The notes: generated from the letters alone by a model not told the origin. Shown: positions 43,028 to 62,528, counted from the stretch's first letter. The stretch is 64,000 bases of DNA from the human T2T-CHM13v2.0 reference genome, Homo sapiens (GCF_009914755.1 NC_060928.1); one strand, 5' to 3'. Numbers and translations: made by a program.

Positions 43028-43462
43028 TGAACTCTTCGATGTCCCAGCTGGATGCCTGGAGTGTCATTAACAAAGTGTTAGAGTGCTTTCCCACTCAGGC
43101 TGAGCCATAACTAATGCCCGCCCCCTCCGTTGCTGCTTGAACTCAATCTCTGCTCAGCTTCTTCCACCGCACAGAAGCTGGTACCTGGTCATCCTTGGGT
43201 AGTCTCACCTTTCAAATGTGCAACACAGCTCTTAACCAAGTGCTCAGAGGACACCCCCACGAGGATTTTTTGGAGTCCTTCCTCTGCAAAGCTCCTGTCT
43301 CCAGTGTTCTAACCAGCAGATTCCAGCTGCTCAGCTGCCCGAAACTCTGTACTCTGCCTCCTCAGCTTAGTTAAGTTCTCCTTTTCCTACTTGGATGCCA
43401 GGAAATTGCCCCCCAGGTAAAGAGCCAGAATGATTCTGGGGCTTAAAAAAGATGAGTTTCTC

Positions 43463-43772
43463 GGCCGGACGCGGTGGCTCATGCCTGTAATCCCAGCACT
43501 TTGGGAGGCTGAGGTGGGCGGATCATGAGGTCAGGAGATTGAGACCATCCTGGCTAACACGGTGAAACCCTGTCTGTACTAAAAATACAAAAAATTAGCC
43601 AGGCATGGTGGCAGGCGCCTGTAATCCCAGCTACTCAGGAGGCTGAGGCAGGAAAATCGCTTGAATCCAGGAGGTGGATGTTGCATGAGCTGAGATTGCG
43701 CCACTGCACTCCAGTCTGGGCGACAGAGCAAGACTCTGTCTCAAAAAACAAACAAACAAACAAACAAACAAA
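43463..43772 (+). mobile_element. AluSc-like
   Basis: Dimer with (AAAC)n tail; TSD gatgagtttct. Confidence 0.9.
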
Positions 43773-43852
43773 ATGATGAGTTTCTTTTCCCTCAGGGACC
43801 AGAGACTTGTACTCTCTCCTGGCCAATTCCTGAAACAGTTGACTAATACTTG

Positions 43853-44424
<572 letters not shown>

Positions 44425-44472
<48 letters not shown>
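44425..44472. repeat. (GT)n microsatellite, about 24 units
   Basis: Direct reading. Confidence 0.97.
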
Positions 44473-44475
<3 letters not shown>

Positions 44476-44899
44476 AATGGTGGGATGGCTGGTCTTATAC
44501 CAATTACTACCCCATTATAGCCAAGAGTGGAAGTTCTGGCTTTAGACCTTTGAATTTAAGGAAACTTGGACCATCCAGACAAAGGAGTCTACAAAGAAAA
44601 AAGCCTAGAGATAAAGGTTTGGAAGGCATCAGGGCACAACGGTTTGGAAGACCAAGGGCAGAAATCACATAGGAAAGTTATACAAAATGAGAAGAGGGGA
44701 GGATCAAAGACAGAATCTTGGGGGAACCACCAGTTTTTCATGGATGAGTGGAAGAAGGCTGGCAAAAGAAACAGAAGGACTGCTCCAACAGTCAAGAGAA
44801 GAACCAAATGTTCCAGAAGTCAATGGAGAAGAGGTTTTTAAATTTTTTTTGAATTTTTACTGTTTTCCTCCCCTGTGCTAAAAAAATAGCTTTAAAAAT

Positions 44900-45075
44900 T
44901 TTCAAGCAACCTTATGACAACATGCTATTATCAGTCCCATTTTATAGATGGAGATAAAGATGATGAAACTCAAAGGTTAAGTAACTTGCTCAAGGTCAAT
45001 GGAGCTGCAAAGGGCAGAGCTAGGACTTGGATCCAGGCATTCTGGCTCCAATACATCACAATGTACTGCTTCACT
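44900..45075 (-). mobile_element. MIR within L2-like background
   Basis: cccattttatagatg...ggttaagtaacttgctcaaggtca. Confidence 0.75.
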
Positions 45076-45144
45076 CCAAAATAAGACAAGATGGCAAATG
45101 CAGCAAGGCTGTCCATGAAGCTGAGGATAGAAAAGTGCTTACTG

Positions 45145-45492
<348 letters not shown>

Positions 45493-45854
45493 TCAGAAAG
45501 AACTCACAGTAATAAACAATAGGTGCTAATTAACTGTTCAACAGGATTGGTTCCTGGCCTAACTGGTCTTTGGGGCCAGCAGTGTGCCATACACATGGCA
45601 CCTCTCAGCCCTGGCTTGCATTGTCCTCGTTGGAAACCTATTCCAGGTTTACGCTCTGAAAAAGAGCAGGCACATTCCCTAATGCCTTCAGGGAAAACAA
45701 GACCCAGCGCTCCAGCTTCCTGAAGTGTATAAGAGAAGTGTGACGTGCCTGTTTATAACCCAGCAACTATACTCAGGCATAGACTTAGATGCATTTGAAC
45801 ATATCATCAACGCAATTACCTGTACCCAGATTAGCCTCAGCAAATCTTTAAGCT

Positions 45855-46010
45855 CTCACAGCTGTCTTCAGGTGTTCAGAGGATTATTATGGAGAGATGT
45901 TGATCAGCTGTTCTCCATGTCTCCTGTGTAGAGAACAAAAGGAAAGAAGCTTAAATGTCAGCAAAGGATTTAGATGTAAGTGAGAACTCTGTGAGGCAGG
46001 GAGGTCCTGT
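45855..46010 (+). mobile_element. L3/CR1 LINE 3' fragment
   Basis: cagctgtcttca...gatcagctgttctccat...agaacaaaaggaaagaagcttaaa...gatttagatgtaag. Confidence 0.6.
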
Positions 46011-46109
46011 GTATCCAAGCGTTTCCAACCTTTCTGTCTTATTTAGCTCTAAATATTCCCTTCTCCACCATGCTGCTTCTTATGTTTATTATAACAACGA
46101 CAATGACAA

Positions 46110-46360
46110 TAACAATAATGGCAAACGCTTATATAGTTCTTACTTTGTGCCTGGCACTGTTACTAAGCTTTTTATTCATATTCATTCAATACTCACAGCA
46201 ACACGATGACATAAAGACTATTGTCATCCCCATTTTATAGGTAAGAAAACTGAAACAGAGAGAGAGTAAAGAACTGGCCAAAGGTCTCACAGTCAACAAA
46301 TGGCAGAGCCAAGATTTGAAGCCTTAGGCCAAAGTCCATCGTCTTAACAATGACCCTATG
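46110..46360 (-). mobile_element. MIR
   Basis: ccccattttataggtaagaaaactgaaacagagag...ggcagagccaagatttgaa. Confidence 0.8.
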
Positions 46361-46879
46361 TGCTAATCTGGAGATATTGTACTAGAACAGAATTCAAGAT
46401 AAGGCAGAGCATGGAGAAATGCTAATAAATTGGCATGGAGGCTGTAGTAGATTGTTACAAAATGGCCCTAAAGGAACCATGCCCCTCTGAATTCACCCGT
46501 GTGTCCTCCCCTCCCACGCAGGATCCGTACCAGCAAAATGACTCGCCTGAACCACTGAGAGGTGATGGGACTTCAAGCCCAGATCTTAAGAGATCTAGAG
46601 CTTTTGCTTTCTCTCTGAGAACCCAACTGCCTTGTAAAGAAGTTCAGGCTGTCCAGCTGTAGACAGCAGCAACGTGGAGAAAGAAGCCTTGAAGGTTGAG
46701 TCCACATGGAGGAAAAGAGAGGCATCCCAGCTAAGAGCCAGCACCAGCGTGGCAAAGGAGGCCATCTTGGATGCTTCGGTCCCAGTTGAACTGTCCCAGC
46801 AGACACCATATAGGGCAGAGATGAGCTGGCCAAAATTCTAACTCGAAAAGCGTTGTGGTTTTAGATCCCCAAGTGTTTT

Positions 46880-47915
<1,036 letters not shown>

Positions 47916-48139
47916 TTTAAGTCAATAAGTTTTAAGGTAGCTTGTTAGGTAGCAACATATAACTTTACATAGATGTTAATAGGTTTATTTAATGATCAGC
48001 TTTTAGAATGTATTAATGTTTTTGTTAGTTTATTAAACACCAGGGAGTTGAAGTATCAGAAACTAATGAGGTGTTCAGAGCAGGTCCCTTTGTTATTTGT
48101 ACATTTAATTCTCCAGTGTCATGGCCTATAGTGATATAG

Positions 48140-48335
48140 GTAAGATTATAATTATACTTAACATTGACTTTAATGTAGAGAAGGCAGTTTCACATGTAAT
48201 ATATCACTTATCTTTCACAACAGCCGTGTGAGGTAGAATTATTTTTTTCATTTTATAGATCAAGGGACTGAGGGTCAAAGAGTTTAAGCAACTAGCCCAA
48301 GGTCATAGAGTGGAACAGGTTGGTCTGCAACTATT
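48140..48335 (-). mobile_element. MIR
   Basis: tcacaacagccgtgtgaggtag...ttttatagatcaagggactgagg...gcccaaggtca. Confidence 0.75.
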
Positions 48336-48878
48336 TTTTGATTTCTCCTACTTGGGAAGGGCAATGGAAAGGGAACCCAAAAGACAAGCCAGCAGCTTAA
48401 AAGAGGCAATGCAAGCTCTGTCCTTAAAGGGCATCTGCTCCCCTGGGGAACATGTGTCTGCCCAGGGGAAAGTCCTTTAATAATGTACAACAGCAACCAA
48501 GAGGGCGCCCAGTGACTTGTTTTATAGGCTATAACTGGGTCCCATATTAAGAAACAATTTTCTTGGCTATATTTGGGGCAGGAAGAAGATGATGAAGCAA
48601 GCCAGGTACAGTCTATGAAGTAAAGCCACAGAATCGTGTCTTACTGATAAACGACACATAAAATCAATTCAATGGGTCACAAGCAACAGGTTTTCCAAAC
48701 ATGAAACAGAGCAGAATTCACTGCAATAGTAAGAGCCAGTGTTTGTCTGTAGGCTTTGTTTCAGTTTTATATGTACACACATGCATGCACCTCCATAGCC
48801 ATGCCATTTGGGAACTGGGTCACAAAATGTATTTCTTTCTGTGGATGTTTGGGAAAGCATTTGAAAATCACTGCTTTT

Positions 48879-48951
48879 GAGCCGAGATCATGCCACTGCG
48901 CTCCAGCCTGGGTGACAGAGTGAGACTCCGTCTCAAAAAAAAAAAAAAAAA
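48879..48951 (+). mobile_element. Isolated Alu 3' end (about 70 bp)
   Basis: gagccgagatcatgccactgcgctccagcctgg...gtctc plus poly(A). Confidence 0.9.
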
Positions 48952-49344
48952 TTCTGAGAAGATTTAGGTCCCTGCTTCCACTTTTTCCCAAGGAAGGCCA
49001 CAGGGATGGGAGATGCAGAAGGAAAGACTCTCTCCTTTTGTAAAAGATCCAGTTTTTTTGCTTATATATCTTCGAGGTCACTAGGAATAGACAAGCACTA
49101 TCTTTGAAAGGTAGCTAATGTACATTTCAAATTTGAGACTTACCTTTAGATCCCCATCCAGGTCCATATGTCTATAGTCATGAACCTCCCATGGCTTTAT
49201 GCTCATGAAGTAAATAATAAACGGAAATGGTCTATGTGTGACAGTGAAGTCACAGCACCTCCACCACATACACAGTTCCATCTATATAATTATGCTTGTA
49301 TAGAAAGATACTTGGGATTCCTTAGGAGTTAAAACCACACAATT

Positions 49345-49475
49345 GGCTGGGTATGGTGACTCATGCCTGTAATCCTAGCATTTTGGGAGGCTAAGGCAAG
49401 CAGGTCATGTGAGCCCAGGACTTTGAGACCAGCCTGGGCAACAGCAAGATCCCATCTCTTATGAAAAGAAAAATT
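49345..49475 (+). mobile_element. FLAM
   Basis: Single left arm. Confidence 0.8.
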
Positions 49476-49480
49476 AAGAA

Positions 49481-49816
<336 letters not shown>

Positions 49817-50204
49817 TTACCCTGACCTGAAGACATGAACTTCTTGTCAGCAGGATTTCAATCCAGGATCCTATGCGGAGGGAGAGAAGCTGGGCCAGTG
49901 ACCACTGGCAGCTCCTGGACACTAAGAAAATCTCCGTGGCAGAAGACAAGGGAGCCCAGATATTGCCAACAGCCATTGTTTAAAAAGAAAAAAAGAGTCA
50001 TAGAGCTTCAGTAACATGGCTCTGCTTTGCCAATATCAGCAGGAAGACAGGTGCAGAGAGATCTGAGACCTTTCCCCATAGACAGTGCCCAAGAAATGTC
50101 CCCAAAGCTTGTGCTGGTTGCCAGGCTGGGCTGAATCTGGAGCATTTCCAGGCATACTCAAAGAGGCCCAAAAGTGACATGTGAACTTAGCATATCTGTT
50201 TTCA

Positions 50205-50341
50205 ACCTTCTTCTTCTTTTTTTTTTTTTTTTTTGACACAGGGTGTCTTTATATTGCCCAGGCTGGCCTGGCCTCAAGCGATCCTCCCACCTTGGCCTCC
50301 CAAAGTGTTGGGATTACAGGCATGAGCCGGCACGCCCAGCC
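50205..50341 (-). mobile_element. Deleted FLAM/AluJ piece
   Basis: Reverse left arm with short deletion. Confidence 0.75.
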
Positions 50342-50590
50342 TGTTTGCAATTTAAGAGTAGAAATTGTTTTCATCAAACAGAAAACATCTGTGTCTGTTT
50401 GAATTTCAAACAAAGTAATGCTCTTCAGGTCTGATTTGAGCAAATTCATTTTCAGTGGGGAACTCTACATCTTTGTTTAATTTAGGGAGAGTATGAAGGG
50501 ATTGCTTGAGTTGCTCCATTTTTATTTTCTCATGGGATAGAGAAATGTATGTGATTCAATGGCTAATTTCGTTTCATGGTAGTTTGTGGG

Positions 50591-51092
<502 letters not shown>

Positions 51093-51127
51093 TTTTTTTT
51101 TTTTTTTTGATTTAAATAACTTCTTCA

Positions 51128-51504
<377 letters not shown>

Positions 51505-52896
51505 TTACCCAACTCTTTGGTTATGATAAAAAGCACAGAAAGGAACAGACTAAAGGGGAAAGTAAGACCAGATTTATTAAAGGGTAGTGAATTATATTAT
51601 TAAAACCAGTGACTCCTCCCTCCTTCCTTCCAAACTAACCCCAAACTCAGCTTATCTAAGTAAACCAAAGGAAATTTAATCTTAGCCTCTACTATAGATT
51701 CAGTACATTCTGGCTGACATTTTAAACCCTGTTAGAAATCTGGTTGGTGTCCAAGCACATGCAATAGTAGAATGGAGCAATCATGTAGATAACTATCTCA
51801 TTTTTCTTTCACTCTGAAACATTGACAATGATTCTTTGTAAAATGTCTCAGGACATTGAAGGAAGCTATCGACAAACATTTTGCAGAAATCTGTCAAGAG
51901 TTGATTACTGCAATTTATATAATGTGGAAATTTTATTTCCCAGGCTTCATGTATTGCATGATTAAAACATGCGTGAAAGGAAATGGGTCTCTAGGCTGCC
52001 AAACGTATGAGCAACCAGGAGTCAAGGTGAAGGTTTAAAGGGTGGTGTTTTCAGCTCCTGAGAGGACAAAATGATGACCTCAAATGACACAGGCAGAACT
52101 ACCAGATACACACTGGTCCCCTCCCAATGTGAGCAAACATTAACTGGCAAAACAGGAGAAATCCATACCTCCCTTCATTTCTCAGAAATCCTTGCAGCCA
52201 TGCCAGTTTAGGTGGGGAGTACCATGTTGGAGTTCCATGCTATGTAGGTAGGGATAACACAAACATCTGAAATTCACAGACAAATTCAAGCTCTTATTTT
52301 AGCAATTTACTTTCAACTGAATTAGTTTCATCAACTCTGCTAACCAAAAGGGATACTGTAACCAAGGCCTATGTTGTAGGCAGGAGTCCACCCTCTTTTC
52401 CATTCACATCCTGCAGAAGGAACTACTGAGTCACAAAGTACGTGAATAAAGTTGCCAAGGCCATGGCTCAGTTCTAAGCTGGATGGAAACGCTTTGGAAA
52501 CTGAACATTGGAGTGCAGTCAGAAGACTTCATTACAGTGTCACACAGCACACCAGGTTTACCTGACTCATTCTCAGAATCAACCACCCAAGGCAATTTTA
52601 GATTTTTTCTTTGATAAGTCTCAAGTCTTTTTAATGTGGGGAAGAGACATATAGATAATTTAATTCTACTCACTGTAGGGTTTTTATTTGAGATTTTACC
52701 TATGCCCACCTACTCTTCCCCGTATAAACAGTAAACGATTCTCACCATTTCTCTGGATATACACAGTAAAGTCATGCTTGCAAATGACAAATGAACACTA
52801 GGGTACTGTCTTGCTCATACTCTTCAACAAGCATGATGACATTTTCTTTCATAACATTGTACTCTAACATGACAATCTTTTTTTTTAATTTCTGAA

Positions 52897-53573
<677 letters not shown>

Positions 53574-53698
53574 ATGTGCAATATATTTTTAAAGCATTTC
53601 TGGATGAACACTTATTTCAAATGAGCGCGCACACACACATACACATACACACAAAATCAAAGCAATCTTTTTTCTTTTTAAAGAAAATTCTTTAAAAA

Positions 53699-54105
53699 GG
53701 TGGCCCACAACTGTAATCCCAACACTTTGGGAGGGTGAGGCAGTGGATCACTTGAGGTCAGGCATTTGAGACTATCCTGGGCAACATGGCAAAACCCACT
53801 CTTTGCAAAAACAAACAAACAAAAAAAAAGTCAATTCTTTTCAGAGCCATAATTTCGAATAGTCACCATGTCTGCATGAATCCATTTTTTTGTTATTAAC
53901 TTAATATAAATGACTAAAGGTCATTTTCCATAGAAATGCAAAGTCCAGCTGGCCTGGTGGCTCACACCTGCAGTCTCCACTAGTAGGGAGGCTGAGGTGG
54001 CAGGATTGCTTGAGCTCAGGAGGTCAAGGCTGCAGTGATCATGCCACTGCACTCTAACCTGGATGACAGAGTGAGACCTCAACTCTGAAAAAAGAAAAAA
54101 AAGAA
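53699..54105 (+). mobile_element. FLAM (53699-53829) and FRAM (53945-54105)
   Basis: Separate diverged monomers. Confidence 0.8.
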
Positions 54106-54264
54106 ATACGAAATTTAAAAATGTATAGTGATTCCTTTCCTCACCTCTGTTGAACTTTCATTACTGGGTGAAGAGAGATCATGCTTTCATTTCATCAGGC
54201 ATTTGAGAGATGCCACCACTATGGTTCTATTCATAAAAATCTCCATGTAGGAATAGTATTGTAT

Positions 54265-54455
54265 AGTTCACAAAGTATGCAGCTATTATCATCTTATGAT
54301 CCCTACAACATCCGTGAAAGGCCAGCAGATCAGGAATTCTAATCTCTACTTACAGATGGGAAACTGAAGACGGAAGAGATTTGCCCAAGGCTGTGGCACA
54401 CACCAACTCACAAACTGGGATTCAAATCCAGACCTTCTGGTGCCTAATCCACTCT
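54265..54455 (-). mobile_element. MIR
   Basis: ttacagatgggaaactgaag...ttgcccaagg...gggattcaaatccag. Confidence 0.7.
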
Positions 54456-54639
54456 CTTTTCTGTATATTTTGCTTCCCCCTCCCCAGCACTTTCTCCCTG
54501 CAAAAAGAAGATATTGATGTTTTGAGACAGACTAAAAATCTCATTTGCCTGCTTCCCCCTCTAAAAAAAAACACAGTAAGTAACTTACCAGGTGTGTTCA
54601 ATGTAGTTTGCACCTCTGTGCTACAACCAATATAGGGGC

Positions 54640-54687
54640 ATTTATCAACAGGACTGGCATTGTATTTATCAACAGGACTGGCATTGT
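54640..54687. repeat. Perfect 2 x 24-bp tandem duplication
   Basis: atttatcaacaggactggcattgt twice. Confidence 0.97.
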
Positions 54688-55196
54688 ATGGTGGGGATGA
54701 AGTCTATGCAGCCTTTGGGGAGACCTGGCAGCAGCTTCTCTGTTGTGTCCTTGGAGGAGTTCCAGTGCACTGCAATTGGACAACAGCAACCAAATGTTGC
54801 TCCCAATCCAGCCCCAGTGGCTCCCAGCTGCCCTGGCCTGCTTTCTCATCTGGTAAAACACAGGAGTTGGGGAGAAGGTAGCTGGCACTGGAAAAGTTGC
54901 TACTGGATGAAGGGTTGGCATAGTTCCTTATAGACACTTAAGATGGGGAAAGAAGTAGAAGATGGGAGAGATTGGCCACAATTTTTGGAACTTGCCCCGA
55001 AGGAAGGGGCCAGGAAGCTTTTGCACAAGGTAGCAGAACATGAAGTGCTGGTTCTGGTTCTCCAAACTACAGCTGGTGAGCTGGGGAAGGAGTTTAAGAG
55101 GTCATCAAGTCCACCTTTCATTCATCCATTCATTCATTCATCTGTTCATTCCTTCAAATGATTATTGAACACCTAGAGGTGCTTAGGATACGGTAG

Positions 55197-55565
<369 letters not shown>

Positions 55566-55694
55566 TAAAGTTGATATTGCAATAAAGTGAGCCACATCAA
55601 TTTTTTGGCTTCCCAGTGCGTATAGAAGTTATTTTGTCCAGATCTATCAGAGGAATCACTATTGATGCAAGCTTCAGCCCCTTATGAGATCATT

Positions 55695-56005
55695 TCTTTC
55701 TTTCGTTTGTTTTTTTTTTTTTTAGTCAGGGCCTTGCTCTGTCATGCAGGCTGGAGTGCAGTGGCAATCACAGCTCTCTGCAGCCTCAAACTCCTGGGCT
55801 CAAGTGATCCTCCCACCTCAGCCTCCCGAGTAGCTGGGACTGCAGGCACTTGCCACCATGCCTAACTAATTTTTTTTTTTTAATTGTAGAGACAAGGTTT
55901 CACCATGTTGCTCAAGGCTGGTCTGGAATTCATGGGCACAAGTGATCCACCTGCCTCGTCCTGCCAAAGTGCTGGGATTACAGGCATGAGGCACTGCATC
56001 CTGCT
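55695..56005 (-). mobile_element. AluJ inside Tigger1
   Basis: J-type reverse dimer. Confidence 0.85.
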
Positions 56006-56406
56006 GAGATCTATCTCTTAAATAATGGGACTTGAAAGTCGAAATTACTCTTGATCCATAGGCTGCAGAATGAAAGTTGTGTAAGCAGGCATGAAAACAT
56101 TAATCTCCTTGTACATCTCCATGAGAGATCTCGGGTGAATAAGCACATTGTCATTGAGCACTAATATTTCTAAAGGAATCTTTTGTTCTGAGCAGCAGGT
56201 CTCAATGGTGGGCTTAAAATATTCAGTAAACTATGCTGTAAACAGGTGTTCTGTCATCCAGGCTTTGTTATTCCATTTATAAAGCATAGGATGAGGAGAT
56301 TTAGCATAATTCTTAAGGGCCCTACGATTTTCAGAATGGTAAATAAGCATTGACTTCAACTTCAAGTCACCAGCTGCATTAGCCCCTAGCAAGTCAGCTT
56401 GTCCTT

Positions 56407-56706
56407 TTAAGCTTTGAAGCCAGATATTGACTTCTCCTCTCTAGCTATGAAAGTCCTAGATGGAATCTTCTTCCAATACAATGTTGTTTTGTCTATACTG
56501 AAAATCTGTTGTTGAGTGTAACCACCTTCATTGATAATCTTTGCTAGATCTTTTGGATAACTTGCTACAGCTTCTACATCAGCACTTGCTGCTTCATCTT
56601 GCACTCTTATGATACAGAAATGACTTCTTTCCTTCAATCTCATGAACCAACATCTGTTAGTGTCAAACTTTTCCTCTGCAGCTTCCTCTTCTCTCTTAGC
56701 CTTCAT
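56407..56706 (-). pseudogene. Decayed Tigger1 transposase fragment (CENP-B HTH to DDE boundary)
   Basis: EEKF...[10 protein letters not shown]...[48 protein letters not shown]; flanks broken. Confidence 0.88.
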
Positions 56707-56980
56707 AGAATTGAAGAGAGTTAGGGCCTTGCTCTGGATTAGGCTTTGACTTCAGGAATAGTGTGGCTGGTTTGAGCATCTATCCAGATTACTCAAACTT
56801 TCTCCATATCAGAAATAAAGTTGTTTTGCTTTTGTATCATTTGTGTGTTCACTGGAGTAGCACTTTTAATTTCCTCCAATAACTTTTTCTTTGCATTCAC
56901 AATTTGGCTGCAAGAAGCCTAACTTTCAACCTAACTTGGCTTTAGACATGCCTTCCTCACTAAGCTTAATGATTTATAGG

Positions 56981-57289
56981 TTTGTTTGTTTTTTGTTTGT
57001 TTGTTTTTTTAAGATGGAGTCTACTGTGGCTCAAGCTGGAGTGCAGCGGTGCGATTTCGGCTCACTGCAACCTCTGCCTCCTTGGTTCAAGCTGTTCTCC
57101 TGCCTCAGCCTCCTGAGTAGCTGGGATTACAAGCATGCACCACCATGCCAGGCTAATGTTTGTATTCTTAGTAGAGACGGGGTTTCACCATGTTGGTCAG
57201 GCTGGTCTTGAACTCCTGACCTCAAGAGATCTGCCCACCTCGGCCTCCCAAAGTGCTGAGATTACAGGCGTGAGCCACCATGCCCAGCC
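56981..57289 (-). mobile_element. AluS inside Tigger1
   Basis: Reverse dimer. Confidence 0.9.
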
Positions 57290-58374
57290 CACTTCTAGCT
57301 CTTGATTTAAAGTAAGAGACATGCAACTCTTCCTTTCACTTGAACACTTAGAAGCTGTTGTAGAGTTATTAATTGGCCTTATTTCAGTATTGTTGTTTCT
57401 TAGGGAATCGGGAGGCCTGAGGAGAGAGATGGACAGCTGTTCAGTGGAGCAGTCAGACACGTACAATATTTACTGATTGAGTTCTCAATTTAATATGGGT
57501 AGTTCATGGTGTCCAAAACAATTACAATAGTAACATCCAAGATCACTGATCACAGATCACCATAACAGATATAATAATAACAACAATTAAAATATTGCAA
57601 GAATTACCAAAATGTGACACAGAGACCACGAAGTAAGCACATGCTGTTGGAAAAATGGCACCAATAGACTTGCTTGACACAGAGTTGCCACAAAACTTCA
57701 CTTTGTGAAAAGTGCAATATCTGCAAAGCACACTACGGCGAGGTATGCCTGTAGCATGTCAGCTGGTGATAAGTGCTGTGGAGAACAGGAAAGTCGGGTG
57801 AGAGGAAAAGGGGCTGTTTGGGGCTAGAGGTGATCTTATATATGCCAGTTAGGCTGATAACGTGCTGACTACTGACACTGACATCTGAATGGAGACTTGA
57901 AGGAAATGAGGGAAGGAGCCATGAAAATATCTGATGGGAAGAGAATTCTAAGGAGAGGGAACATCAAGTGAAAAGACTCCACTGCAGGGAGTATTTGGCA
58001 TGTTAAAGGAATAGCTAGGAGGCCAGTAGGGTTGGAGCAGCAGGAGGTGGGAAATTGTAGATGAGGTCAGAGAGATTGTGGGTCCTGGACCTGCAGGACA
58101 GCATTAGGCTCAGGGGAGACAGAGGCCCACTGGAGGGCATGGAGCAAGGCAATGATAGAATCTGACTTTTAAAGAATCCTCCCAGCTGCTGTTGTGGAAA
58201 ACATCTTGGGGCTATGCCATGGAACATGATGGAAATCTACTTCATTCTTGGAAGGTCTTGTATATGACTCAGTTGCCCTCATTTTTTAGGTGGGTTTTTA
58301 TGCTTCTCCCCAGACAGATTTCCATCTATTTGTTTCCTTTCCAATCATCAGATTCTTTAAAATGCAAAATCTGA

Positions 58375-58752
<378 letters not shown>

Positions 58753-58966
58753 TAAAATTAGGCATATAGAGAATCTATCTTTAGTAGATTAATGATCCAT
58801 TATCTTAACAGCTGGTATGAGTGTTTACTATATGGTATCCCCTGTTTAAGGTATTTTGAATGTTTATAATATTACATTTATATATTATTTGATACTAGAA
58901 CAACTATATATAATATGTCTTTTTGTTGTGGTGGTGATTGTTTTTTTGTTTTTGAAACAGAGTCTC

Positions 58967-59735
<769 letters not shown>

Positions 59736-60313
59736 CCCAGCCATCAACTTTTCAAAGTCAGTTGCTCTAAGGAAAAAGTCCAGATTCTTTTTTGTGGCCT
59801 AAAAGGTCCTGCAAGATTAAGCCCTTGCTCACTTCCCTTTCCTTTGAGCTCTACTCTGTCTCCCTTTTTCTACCCCAGCCACAGTGGTCCTCTTTTGGTG
59901 CTTCCCGGTACAATGCCTTCCCCCAGATCCTTTCTTCTTCCTGTTATATTCTTCGCTATGTCTGCATGGTTTATCCCAGTATCCTGTACCCGAGAGCTCC
60001 AGAAACTGTTGAATTAGTTAATTCATCAATTACATGTGGTACATAAGTGAAATCACTACTGAATCCATGGTGTGGAGTTATTTCTATTTTGGAAGAAGGC
60101 TCCGATTTCACTAATACTGAAATTTCATTTAGTATTATTTTAAATTATTTGAATATATTTTGGAGTGAATATATGTGATATTAACAAACTATGTGATTAT
60201 ATTTTTGAACACCTTTCCTAGATGTTATCATTCTAATTCACCTTGCCACAACATTACAGCATAATACATTACATATCCTCTTCAATATAGGCTTGTTCCG
60301 TGAAAAGGCACAG

Positions 60314-61130
<817 letters not shown>

Positions 61131-61150
<20 letters not shown>

Positions 61151-61270
61151 GCATATATATACACATACATACATACATACGTAGGTATACATACATATAT
61201 GCATGTATGTATACATATACATGCATATATGTATGTGTATATATATATGCTTTTTAAAATTAAAGACAAT
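61131..61270. repeat. AT-rich inverted repeat around a TA/CA microsatellite
   Basis: attgtctttaatttaaaaaggcatatatat ... atatatatgctttttaaaattaaagacaat. Confidence 0.9.
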
Positions 61271-61278
61271 AATTATAC

Positions 61279-61322
<44 letters not shown>

Positions 61323-61391
61323 GCTTATCATAAATTTTAGTGGGAATTCTTCACCTGTAATGGATTTCCCCATTTTAGTATCTTATTAACA

Positions 61392-61692
61392 GTCTGGGCA
61401 TAGTGGCTCACTCCTATAATCCCAGCACTTTGGCAGGCCGAGGCGAGCAGATCACTTGAGGTCAGCAGTTCCAGACCAGCCTGGCCAACGTGGTGAAACT
61501 CCATCTCCACTAAAAATACAAAAAATGAGTCAGGCATGGTGGCAGGTGCCTGTAATCCCAGCTACTCGGAGACTGAGGAAGGAGAATTGCTTGAACCCAG
61601 GAGGCCGAGGTTGTAGTGAACTGAGATTGCGCCACTGCACTCCAGTCTGGGTGACACAGCAAGACTCCATCTCAAAAAAAAAAAAAAAAAAA
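61392..61692 (+). mobile_element. AluS
   Basis: Dimer. Confidence 0.9.
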
Positions 61693-61774
61693 CCAGAAAG
61701 ATTAGTTCTCCCTGTGTTACCAGAGGTATATTAATTTGTCTAATACTCTGTTGATATCTTTTAAAATTCAGGAG

Positions 61775-61940
61775 TTGTGCTGTTCAATATGGTATGGTGG
61801 CCCAGCCACATACGTGGTTTAAATTTTAAATTAATTAAAATCAGATTTTAAAAAAATGCATCCCTCAGTTCTGATGTGAATAGTGGATACCACAAATATA
61901 GAACATTTTTATCACTGCAGAGAGTTCTGTTGGACAGCCT
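61775..61940. mobile_element. MER3/MER33-like hAT-Charlie remnant
   Basis: gtgctgttcaatat...agccacat...atagaacatttttatcactgcagagagttctgttggacagc. Confidence 0.7.
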
Positions 61941-62061
61941 ACCTCTCACATCTCCCTCGTGCTTTGATGTATCTTCTGTTTCTGAGGAGGTATCTGCAAC
62001 AGGGTGACAATGACTCTGTCAATCACCTTTCTTTCAGTGCCTAGTTTGTGTCAAGCAGTAA

Positions 62062-62427
<366 letters not shown>

Positions 62428-62528
62428 TGAGTCAGCTCAAGGAGACCATTCTATAAGATCATTGTAATAAATCAGAAATCTGATGACCATTAACTCAGAT
62501 TTCCACCCCCATTCCCTACTCAACAGGC

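Noticed and set aside
48494-48510. CTCF-like caaccaagagggcgccc
   Set aside because: 3' half fits but the conserved 5' CC positions mismatch; too weak without ChIP data
51856-52038. 60-aa ORF with helical-looking start (KEAIDKHFAEICQELI) after an AG
   Set aside because: Non-ATG start, weak acceptor, no clear donor and no recognised homology
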